A stretch of 32,000 nt of DNA from Nitratidesulfovibrio vulgaris str. Hildenborough (lineage in GTDB: Bacteria; Desulfobacterota; Desulfovibrionia; Desulfovibrionales; Desulfovibrionaceae): positions 1,050,001 to 1,082,000 of the forward strand of contig NC_002937.3 in assembly GCF_000195755.1 (NCBI RefSeq). Direction: 5' to 3'. Shown here one piece after another: positions 18,332 to 26,459 of the stretch; within the stretch, counting starts at the first letter, position 1; each line of letters begins with the position of its first letter. The position numbers were made by a program, and so were the translations under genes. The notes under the pieces were generated by a model. The model was not told the origin of the DNA. It ran no database searches and worked only from the letters and a program-made list of their open reading frames with translations.

Positions 18332-18369
18332 AAGGGGGGCGGCCCGGGGGGGCCGCCGGAGGCACACTC

Positions 18370-19635
18370 ATGACGTTACAGGTCAGACTGATCGATCTTG
18401 TGGTCGCTTTTTCGCGTGCGCTCGACCATGTGAGCCGCGCCGTGTCCGATCACCATATCCATGTGGGCTATTTCGCGGCCCGCCTCGGTGAACGGCTGGG
18501 ACTCGACGCCCGCGACAGGTGCGAGTTGCTGCTTTCCGCGCTGTTGCATGACGTGGGGGCCATATCGCTCAAGACCGGACTGGACGGGCTGCTGTTCGAA
18601 CAGAACGCCGACGCCCATGCCCGTGCAGGCTGGGCACTTATCGGCACCTGCCCGCGTCTTGCCGCCGCCGGAGAGGTGGTGCTGCACCACCACGCTGCGT
18701 GGGAGGATGTGGCCGACGACCTCGACCGCGCCAAGCGTCTGGGGGCCATCGTGCACCTTGCCGACAGGCTTGACGTGCAACTGAGGCGCTCAGAACCTCT
18801 GGCACCGCAGTTGACACGGGCGTTCACGAAGCTGGAACCGGGCAGGGGTCGGCTGTTCTCTCCGGAACATCTCGATGCCCTGCGGGACATGCTCGACGAC
18901 CCGCAGGTGCGTGAAGGGGTCGAAGACCCCTCCGTCGGACTGCATAGCGGCCCAGGAGCACGGCTGGAGGAGGAGATTCTCGATACCGAAGGTGTCATCT
19001 CGTTCTCGAACCTGTTCTCGCTGGTCATCGACTCGCGCAGTCCCTTCACGGCCACGCATTCCAGCGGTGTGGCCGAGACGGCGCGCTTGCTGGCGATGCG
19101 GGCAGGGCTTGGGCATGACGTGGCGCAGAAGGTTTTTGTGGCGGGCTTGCTGCACGACATCGGCAAACTGGGCGTGCCGCTATCCATCCTCGAGAAACCG
19201 GGGCCACTGGATGCCGCGGAGATGTGTGAGATGCAGCTTCATGCCGGACGCAGCAAGACCATTCTCGATGCCGTACCGGGATTTGATGAGGTGAGCCGCT
19301 GGGGGGCGTTGCATCATGAACGGCTGGACGGCAGCGGCTACCCCTTCGGTCTGCGTGGTGACGAACTAGAGGTGCCTTCGCGCATCATCGCCGTTGCCGA
19401 CGTGTTCACAGCCATCGCCGAGGACAGGCCCTACCGCAGGGGAATGCCTCTCGAGACGGCCTGCGGCGTCCTGCGCGGGCAGGTGCGAGACGGCCTGCTC
19501 GATGGCGACCTCGCAGGGCTGTTGCTCAATGACATCGACGAGGCGGACTGTGCGCGCCGCAAGGCACAGGCGCGTGCCCGCAGCAGTTTCGACGAGGCCT
19601 ACGACATCTGCACCCGTAACAGTGAGGACGCTTGA
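18370..19635 (+). CDS. HD-GYP family phosphohydrolase with an additional degenerate N-terminal HD domain
   Basis: The second domain has H..HD (LLHDIGKLGVP) and HHERLDGSGYPFGL. The first domain has LLHDVGA and HHHAAWED but no GYP. The ATG at 18370 has a GGAGG SD. An alternative ATG at 18328 overlaps the mogA stop (ATGA). Confidence 0.85.
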   Translation: MTLQVRLIDLVVAFSRALDHVSRAVSDHHIHVGYFAARLGERLGLDARDRCELLLSALLHDVGAISLKTGLDGLLFEQNADAHARAGWALIGTCPRLAAAGEVVLHHHAAWEDVADDLDRAKRLGAIVHLADRLDVQLRRSEPLAPQLTRAFTKLEPGRGRLFSPEHLDALRDMLDDPQVREGVEDPSVGLHSGPGARLEEEILDTEGVISFSNLFSLVIDSRSPFTATHSSGVAETARLLAMRAGLGHDVAQKVFVAGLLHDIGKLGVPLSILEKPGPLDAAEMCEMQLHAGRSKTILDAVPGFDEVSRWGALHHERLDGSGYPFGLRGDELEVPSRIIAVADVFTAIAEDRPYRRGMPLETACGVLRGQVRDGLLDGDLAGLLLNDIDEADCARRKAQARARSSFDEAYDICTRNSEDA

Positions 19636-19637
19636 CC

Positions 19638-20501
19638 ATGACCCCGTTCGGCAGCTTTGCGGCCATATGCCGCATGATAAAGATCGAGCACTCCATCTTC
19701 GCCCTACCGTTCGCGTTTGCCGGGGCCTTCATCGCCAGCGGAGGCATACCGGCGTGGAAGCCCTTCGTGCTGCTCACCATCGCCATGGTCGCAGTCAGGT
19801 CGTTCGCCATGGCGTTCAACAGGGTCGTCGACCTGCCATTCGACCGCCGCAATCCCCGTACGCAGAACAGGCCGCTTGTCACGGGTGAGATAACGCGGCT
19901 GCAGACATGGGCCTTCATTGTCGTCATGGCGGTGGTCTTCGTGCTTGCCTGTGCCGGTCTGAACAGACTCTGTCTCATGCTGTCGCCGCTGGCACTCGGC
20001 ATCTCGGCCCTCTACAGCGTCATGAAGCGCTTCACGTGGCTGTGTCACTTCGTGCTTGGGGCGGTTCTGGGACTTGCACCGCTGGCGGGGTGGTTGAGCG
20101 TCGACCCCGTGTTCACGCTGCCTGCGGTGCTGCTGTTCTGGGGCGTGCTCTTCTGGGTGGCGGGTTTCGACATCCTCTATTCCTGTCAGGATACAGCCTT
20201 CGACATCGAGGTGGGGCTGCATTCCGTACCTGCCCGTTTCGGCATACCCACCGCACTGGTCATCTCCACGTTCTGCCATGTGAATACGGTCGTCTTCTTC
20301 CTGCTTGCGGGCTGGGCGGCAGGTCTCTCATGGGCGTGGTATCCGGTCTGGGCCATCGTCTCGCTGGTGCTGGTGCTTGAACACAGACTGATCAGGGCCG
20401 ACGACCTGTCGCGTGTGAACATGGCGTTCTTCACGCTCAACGGGGTCGTCTCCATCGTGGTGTTCGCTGGCATCGTAGCCGGGATCTTTATCGGACGTTG
20501 A
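19638..20501 (+). CDS. UbiA-family aromatic polyprenyltransferase (4-hydroxybenzoate/MqnP-like)
   Basis: NRVVDLPFDRRNPRT..RPL (first Asp-rich motif), YSCQDTAFDIEVGLHS (second Asp-rich motif), and about 8 TM segments. The ATG at 19638 lies 2 nt after the upstream TGA (the track TTG at 19632 overlaps it). Confidence 0.85.
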   Translation: MTPFGSFAAICRMIKIEHSIFALPFAFAGAFIASGGIPAWKPFVLLTIAMVAVRSFAMAFNRVVDLPFDRRNPRTQNRPLVTGEITRLQTWAFIVVMAVVFVLACAGLNRLCLMLSPLALGISALYSVMKRFTWLCHFVLGAVLGLAPLAGWLSVDPVFTLPAVLLFWGVLFWVAGFDILYSCQDTAFDIEVGLHSVPARFGIPTALVISTFCHVNTVVFFLLAGWAAGLSWAWYPVWAIVSLVLVLEHRLIRADDLSRVNMAFFTLNGVVSIVVFAGIVAGIFIGR

Positions 20502-20599
20502 CCGGTAAGGGCCGGGTACGGCGTCTGGCCTGATGCGGTTTCCGTTGCAGGACTTGACGCTGTACCTGCGGCGTGCTCTCATCGGCTATGGAGGCGGAT

Positions 20600-20938
20600 A
20601 TGCGCTACCACAGCCTGAGCATGGCGCAGGAGTTCCTGCGGCGACGGTTGCAGGCCGGGTACGGGCCGGAGGTCGTCGTGCCTGTCGACCCCGACGCTGT
20701 GGGACTGCACGAGTCCGCGACGGAGGCGTTGCAGAGTGCCGCCGAAAAGGTGGCGGCGCAGGCGGGGCTTCCGCCGCAGCATGTCGCCGCCCGCATGTTC
20801 GACAATATCTTTCGTCTCGAACCCTCCGACACGCTGGTGCTGGTGGTCGCCGTACCTGAACGGGGGGTTGAGATGTTCGTGGAGATACCCGCCAAGCTGT
20901 GGCGTCTTGCTTCGCAGGACAGCCCCGCGGGCGGTTAA
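20600..20938 (+). CDS. hypothetical protein (112 aa)
   Basis: ATG at 20600 with a GGAGG SD 6 nt upstream. Codon bias resembles neighbours. I recognise no motif. Confidence 0.5.
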   Translation: MRYHSLSMAQEFLRRRLQAGYGPEVVVPVDPDAVGLHESATEALQSAAEKVAAQAGLPPQHVAARMFDNIFRLEPSDTLVLVVAVPERGVEMFVEIPAKLWRLASQDSPAGG

Positions 20939-20970
20939 CGGGCCCTGCCCATAAGACAACGGAGGATGGC

Positions 20971-21531
20971 ATGGCGCGCGCTAGGCGCCGTGATTCCGGG
21001 GCTGATGTCCCCGAAGAGGAAGTAAGCCGTTCGCAGCGCAAGCGCGAGAGTACGGCTATGCAGAAGCTTGGTGAACGTCTCACTCGCATCGGCGAGGCCC
21101 GACTTCGTACGCTCGACCTGCCCCCCGACCTGATGGCGGCAGTCCTTGAATGGCACGGCCTGCCCACCCATGAGGCGCGGCGGCGGCAGTTGCAGTTCAT
21201 CGGCAGGCTCATGCGCGAGGCCGATGTGGATGCCGTATCCGAGGCTGTAGACGCCCTTGATGCACCACACCGCGTTTCGACAGAAGCGTTCCATGAACTG
21301 GAAGTGTTGCGCGACAGGCTGATGGAGGAGGGTCCCGTCGTCGTCGACGAGATTCTCGCCCTCTGGCCCCATGCCGACAGGCAGCAGTTGCGCCAGATGG
21401 TTCGCAACGCACAGGCCGAACGTGCGGCCGGAAAACCCCCGCGTAACTTCAGGGCCTTGTTCAGGCTGCTTCGGGACATATCCGAGGCGGCACCCGCCGC
21501 TGGTGGCGTGATGCCCGATGGTGGACGGTAA
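20971..21531 (+). CDS. yjgA: ribosome-associated protein YjgA (DUF615, DarP)
   Basis: Collinear with E. coli YjgA as I recall it: RRRQLQFIGRLMRE.DV, FHELE.LRDRL, LWPHADRQQLRQMVRNA, GKPPR. GGAGG lies 5 nt before the ATG at 20971. Confidence 0.8.
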   Translation: MARARRRDSGADVPEEEVSRSQRKRESTAMQKLGERLTRIGEARLRTLDLPPDLMAAVLEWHGLPTHEARRRQLQFIGRLMREADVDAVSEAVDALDAPHRVSTEAFHELEVLRDRLMEEGPVVVDEILALWPHADRQQLRQMVRNAQAERAAGKPPRNFRALFRLLRDISEAAPAAGGVMPDGGR

Positions 21532-21557
21532 CGACAAAGGTTGCCCGCAGAGAATAG

Positions 21558-21587
21558 ACGCCCCCGTTTCGAGAGAGACGGGGGCGT
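21558..21587. terminator. hairpin between convergent yjgA and the receiver-TPR gene
   Basis: 10-bp stem ACGCCCCCGT / ACGGGGGCGT with a 10-nt loop, followed by TGTCGTC on the plus strand (weak T-run). Confidence 0.45.
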
Positions 21588-21673
21588 TGTCGTCGGGTGC
21601 CAGTCATGGGGTACAGGTCGGTGCGACCGGGGTTGCGTTGCAGGCCCTGCGCGACATCGGCGCGCACACGAGG

Positions 21674-22837
21674 TCAGGCTGCTGAACGCCAGACCCGCAG
21701 GGTGTAGCGCGCGACTGCCAGCACATCGTGCAGCAGCGGGAAGCGGGCCAGAAAAGATGACCCTGCGTCGGCTTCCGGTGCTGCCGTCGCTTCAGGGATG
21801 CCCCCCAGACGCCTGTGCAGGTCTTTGGCGATGTCCGTCGCCCCTGAACGTGCAAGGGCCTTGCACACCCCGGCGATGGCGCGCTGCGGCGCAGGGGTGA
21901 ACTGACTTGCACGGGCCACATGGCGGAACATCTGGGTGTCTTCTCCGATGCCGCGCCCCATGAGCAGGGCATGTGCTGCACTATCGAAGTCGCCTGCACG
22001 TATGAGTCGGGACGCCTCTTCGAACAGGGCGTTGCCGCTCTCAGGTGCCTCGCGCATGAGGTCGGCAAGAGTCTGCCGAGCCCGTTGCCATTGCGCGGCC
22101 CGTGCGAAGGTCTGGCTGGCGGCCCGCAGGTAGGCCCGGCTTCGTACGAGGTCTCCCTTTCCCCGCCACGCGGCTGACAGGCCGAGTTGCGCGTCGCCCT
22201 TGATTTCGTTGTGGCGCAACGCCCGGTTGAACCCGGCGATGGCCTTGTCCCATTCCCGGTCGATGAGGTGTCGCATGGCGTGTCTGTAGGCCTCAACCGC
22301 CTGAACCTCGCTCAGGCCCACGGCATCGTCCAGCGCGGCGATGGCGGCCTCGAATTCCGCGTCGCCAAGCAACTGCACCCCTGTCCTCGCTGCCGTGCGC
22401 AATGCGTTGCCGGGTGCGATGGAGGCAGCTGCCCTGCGCAGTTGGCGGTGCAGCACCTCAAGGGGGTAGGGGCGTGCTACGACGGCACTGCACCCCGCAC
22501 CCACCGCTTCCAGCACGGCATCCTCGGTGGGAGAGGGCGTGATGAAGACGACTGGTATCCACGCCAGCCTGCGGTGCTGCCGGATGAGCCTGATGAAGTC
22601 CAGCCCGCTCATGTCGGCGAGTCGGGCGTCACATACGATGACGTCAGGTCGGGGGGGCGTGTGGGGCTGGCGGGGTTTGGCGGGGGCGATGAGCCATCGT
22701 GCGGCATCGCGCCCGGACGTGAGCACACGGATGTGCTGGATTCCGGCGGCACGAAGGCACTGCCTGTCGACAGCGGCACAGGCCTCACGCCGCGTCATGA
22801 TGAGTGCAGAGGTGAATGTGTGAGTGTGTGTCGTCAT
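21674..22837 (-). CDS. atypical receiver (REC-like) domain protein with C-terminal TPR-like repeats
   Basis: The N-terminal 130 aa align by eye to CheY-like receivers (DVIVCDARLADMSGLDFIRLIR, PVVFITPS, AVVARPY). The rest consists of Ala/Arg-rich helical repeats (AIAGFNRALRHN.., AYLRAASQTFARAAQWQRA..). ATG at 22837 with a GAGG SD; an alternative ATG lies at 22870. Confidence 0.8.
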   Translation of the reverse strand: MTTHTHTFTSALIMTRREACAAVDRQCLRAAGIQHIRVLTSGRDAARWLIAPAKPRQPHTPPRPDVIVCDARLADMSGLDFIRLIRQHRRLAWIPVVFITPSPTEDAVLEAVGAGCSAVVARPYPLEVLHRQLRRAAASIAPGNALRTAARTGVQLLGDAEFEAAIAALDDAVGLSEVQAVEAYRHAMRHLIDREWDKAIAGFNRALRHNEIKGDAQLGLSAAWRGKGDLVRSRAYLRAASQTFARAAQWQRARQTLADLMREAPESGNALFEEASRLIRAGDFDSAAHALLMGRGIGEDTQMFRHVARASQFTPAPQRAIAGVCKALARSGATDIAKDLHRRLGGIPEATAAPEADAGSSFLARFPLLHDVLAVARYTLRVWRSAA

Positions 22838-22854
22838 CGATCCGCCTCGCAATG

Positions 22855-22868
22855 GGTGAAGTTTCACC
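22855..22868. promoter_or_regulatory. palindrome GGTGAA-GT-TTCACC at the 5' end of the receiver-TPR gene
   Basis: Perfect 6+6 inverted repeat with a 2-nt spacer, 18-31 nt upstream of the ATG at 22837 and just 5' of the SD. Could be an operator or an mRNA hairpin. Confidence 0.35.
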
Positions 22869-22903
22869 ATTCATATCGGCAGAATCCGTCACGACTTGAG
22901 ATG

Positions 22904-22943
22904 TAAAAAGGCATGAATCCCGTGTTTGAAGGGATTCATGCCT
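22904..22943 (-). terminator. rho-independent terminator of the low-GC zinc-ribbon gene
   Basis: On the minus strand: 13-bp perfect stem AGGCATGAATCCC / GGGATTCATGCCT with a 9-nt loop, followed by TTTTTAC, 20 nt after the stop. Confidence 0.75.
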
Positions 22944-22963
22944 CTTATGATCGGAATGCTGAT

Positions 22964-23371
22964 CTATTTAGTGAAGGGTATGACCTTGGCGAGTCTTGGT
23001 GCCGCAAGAGTCGATGCCGGTATGGGATGCTCTACATTCCTTTCGTGATGTGTACCGCATGATGGGCACTGCCATGACTTGCTGCGGCTGTCGAGCCGCA
23101 CAAGAACACCGTCACGGTTGTAGCAAGATTCACAGAACGGTCCCTGCTTGATTTCACCTGTCAACAGCCAGTAGCAGTAACCATCGAAGACGAGATTACG
23201 CGACAGGTACAGGATATCCTCGAATTCCTGCACCTGCGAACGAAGCATGATGTTCTCGTCACTCAAGGCCACATAGCGCGTTTGCATTTCGGTGAGCAGA
23301 TGGCGGGCCTCGTCGATGCGGCCTTCGAGGAAAAGATCATTGATTTCTTTGAACTTGTAATAGTCGAGCAT
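22964..23371 (-). CDS. 135-aa protein, helical/coiled-coil N-terminal half plus C-terminal CxxC-x18-CxxC zinc ribbon; function unknown
   Basis: ATG at 23371 preceded by GGGGGAGGAAC. Reads MLDYYKFKEINDLFLEGRIDEARHLL...FCESC...QCPSC. Clearly lower G+C than its surroundings. The track start at 23464 was rejected (no SD, Pro/Cys-rich junk). Confidence 0.65.
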   Translation of the reverse strand: MLDYYKFKEINDLFLEGRIDEARHLLTEMQTRYVALSDENIMLRSQVQEFEDILYLSRNLVFDGYCYWLLTGEIKQGPFCESCYNRDGVLVRLDSRSKSWQCPSCGTHHERNVEHPIPASTLAAPRLAKVIPFTK

Positions 23372-23541
23372 GTTCCTCCCCCGCAGTTGACGGATGGCGA
23401 GGCATAAGCGTTTTACACACACTCCATCGGCATCCGGGTGACAAACTTTAGGGGGCGGGTGCAATTCCTGTTGTCACGTGATGCTCCCGTTGCTAGTCGT
23501 TGAAGGTGATCCATGGTTCATGTAACGACAAGGAGTTGTCA

Positions 23542-24396
23542 ATGCAGAGAATAGCGACCTTGGTAGTGTTGTGGCTACTTGTGATGACGACGTGTGCCCT
23601 GGCGGGGGATGCCCCCTGCACCGAACGTTATGGAAAGGGGGAACAGGCTTTGCGACTGGCGACAGGCAGTCCGGGAGAGTTGGGGCTGGTCGGTGCCCTG
23701 GGCGAGGCATGGAGTGCCCGTAGCGGCATGGCCCTGTGCTGGCGCAAGGCGGGAACGGGTGATGCCCTGGCCGCGCTCAAGGCCGGAGAGGTGGACATGG
23801 TGATGGTGCACGGCCCCAAGGCCGAGAAGAAGGCCGTTGAGGAAGGCTGGGCCACGGGGCGTGCCCTTGTGGGTTCCAACGAATTCTTCATCGTCGGCCC
23901 GGTCGCAGACCCCGCAGGCATCGCCAAGGCGACGGACGCGGCAGATGCCTACCGTCGCATCGCCAAGGCGGGGGCCCTTTTCTTCTCGCGTGGTGACAAC
24001 TCCGGGACGCACAAGAAGGAACTGGATATCTGGGCATCTGCCGGTATCACACCCTCCGGGGCATGGTACACCGTGCACAAGGGCTTCATGTCGGCTACGC
24101 TGCAACGGGCCGATGCCGAGGGCGGCTACTTCATGACCGATTCCAGCACATGGGTCGCTGAAAAGGGCAAGCTGAGGCGCCTTGCCGTGTTGTTCAGGGG
24201 TGACCCGGTGCTCATCAATGTCTATCACGCACTCCTAAGGGCCGAAGGCGGCAAGGCCGCAGTGCCCGCCGCCGTCGATTTCGCGGCGTTCGTGACGTCG
24301 CCCGAAGGGCAGGACATCGTGGGCTCTTTCGGTCGCAAGGAATACGGCGAAGGACTTTATAACGACGCGGCCTACGCGAAGAAGTACGATCATTGA
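23542..24396 (+). CDS. TupA-like (tungstate/oxyanion type, PBP2) periplasmic substrate-binding protein, orphan
   Basis: Signal peptide [48 protein letters not shown] and [16 protein letters not shown] match my recollection of TupA (COG2998). AGGAG lies 6 nt before the ATG at 23542. Confidence 0.75.
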   Translation: MQRIATLVVLWLLVMTTCALAGDAPCTERYGKGEQALRLATGSPGELGLVGALGEAWSARSGMALCWRKAGTGDALAALKAGEVDMVMVHGPKAEKKAVEEGWATGRALVGSNEFFIVGPVADPAGIAKATDAADAYRRIAKAGALFFSRGDNSGTHKKELDIWASAGITPSGAWYTVHKGFMSATLQRADAEGGYFMTDSSTWVAEKGKLRRLAVLFRGDPVLINVYHALLRAEGGKAAVPAAVDFAAFVTSPEGQDIVGSFGRKEYGEGLYNDAAYAKKYDH

Positions 24397-24580
24397 TGCG
24401 GAAGCGGGGTCGCCTTCCCGCTGGTGCGAAGGCGGCCCGCCTCCCACGCGGCATCACGCCATGCAGGACTGTGGCAACAACCCGCCGGTTCTTTCTTACG
24501 CCCCCCTTTTCCTCCCCGTGACAAGTAGTGTACTGTCTGCCGTAACTGTCTTGAACGAGCAACCCCCACGGAGCATGACC

Positions 24581-25645
24581 ATGAAGAAACTGATCAATGC
24601 GGTGGAGAATGTGGTGCGCGAGCAATTGCAGGGCATGGCTGCCGCCCACCCTGAGCTTCGGGTGAACATCGACCCGCATTACATATGCAGGGCTGACATC
24701 CCCGACGGCAAGGTGGCCATCGTCTCTGGTGGCGGCAGCGGGCACGAACCCATGCACGGGGGCTTCGTAGGCCGTGGCATGCTTGACGGCGCCTGTCCCG
24801 GCGAGGTGTTCACATCTCCCACCCCAGACCAGATGTATGAATGCGCCAAGGCAGTCGACCGTGGCGCGGGTGTACTGTTCATCGTCAAGAACTACACCGG
24901 CGACGTGATGAACTTCGAAACGGCCGCTGAACTGTGCCATGCCGACGGCATCAAGGTGCAGAACATCCTCATCGATGACGACGTGGCCGTGAAGGACAGC
25001 CTGTACACGGCTGGACGGCGTGGCGTGGGAACCACCGTGCTGGCCGAGAAGATAGTGGGTGCCGCCGCCGAGGCGGGGTACGACCTCGACAGGTGCGCCG
25101 ACCTGTGCCGCAAGGTGAACCGGTATGGTCGCTCCATGGGCATGGCACTCACGTCGTGCACGGTACCTGCCGCAGGGAAACCCACCTTCGAACTCGCCGA
25201 GGACGAAATCGAGATCGGCATCGGCATTCATGGTGAGCCGGGAACACAGCGCGCAGCCATGATGACCGTGGATGAACTCGTGGAGGTCATGGCTACCGCC
25301 ATCATCGACGATCCCGCGTACACCCGCACCGTGCGCGAATTCGACCGCGCTGCCGGCGACTGGGTGGAGAAGTCGCTGACGGACGAACCCTTCGCCAAGG
25401 GCGACCGGGTCATCGCCTTCGTCAACAGCATGGGGGGCACGCCGGTGAGCGAACTGTACGCCGCCTACCGTAAACTGGCGGAAATCTGCGACAGGCGTGG
25501 CATCGTCATCGTGCGCAACCTCATCGGGCCGTATATCACCTCACTCGAGATGCAAGGCTTCTCCATCACCCTGCTGAAGGTCGACGACGAAATGCTCGCG
25601 TTCTGGGATGCGAAGGCGGTCACACCCGGCTTGCGCATGGGGTAA
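24581..25645 (+). CDS. dhaK: dihydroxyacetone kinase, DhaK subunit
   Basis: Near-collinear with E. coli DhaK as I recall it: [85 protein letters not shown]. Confidence 0.92.
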   Translation: MKKLINAVENVVREQLQGMAAAHPELRVNIDPHYICRADIPDGKVAIVSGGGSGHEPMHGGFVGRGMLDGACPGEVFTSPTPDQMYECAKAVDRGAGVLFIVKNYTGDVMNFETAAELCHADGIKVQNILIDDDVAVKDSLYTAGRRGVGTTVLAEKIVGAAAEAGYDLDRCADLCRKVNRYGRSMGMALTSCTVPAAGKPTFELAEDEIEIGIGIHGEPGTQRAAMMTVDELVEVMATAIIDDPAYTRTVREFDRAAGDWVEKSLTDEPFAKGDRVIAFVNSMGGTPVSELYAAYRKLAEICDRRGIVIVRNLIGPYITSLEMQGFSITLLKVDDEMLAFWDAKAVTPGLRMG

Positions 25646-25823
25646 TCTCTGTTTCCTCCGGGCTCGCCCGGTATCGTCCCGGTCTGGCGCGTCGCACCGG
25701 ACCGGGGCGATAACCATCCACCGTCCCTTTGCCATCCCGCAGCCGGCGGGCGATTCGGTTCGCCTTCCTGCTGCGGGGCGCGCTACTTGCGCGTCCGCAA
25801 GCTCTCCATCATGAGGATGTTCC

Positions 25824-26456
<633 letters not shown>

Positions 26457-26459
26457 GGG

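Noticed and set aside
22817-22835. TG/CA-rich tract (TGTGTGAGTGTGTGT) at the 5' end of the receiver gene as a phase-variation microsatellite
   Set aside because: The tract is imperfect and has at most about 4 consecutive dinucleotide units. It simply encodes THTHT, and that is too short for slipped-strand switching.
24472-24486. TGGCAA-N-CGCC upstream of dhaK, and TGGCAG-N-GGCA at 8686-8700, as sigma-54 promoters
   Set aside because: In both, the GC dinucleotide is one position too close. The 8686 site also faces away from any downstream plus-strand gene.
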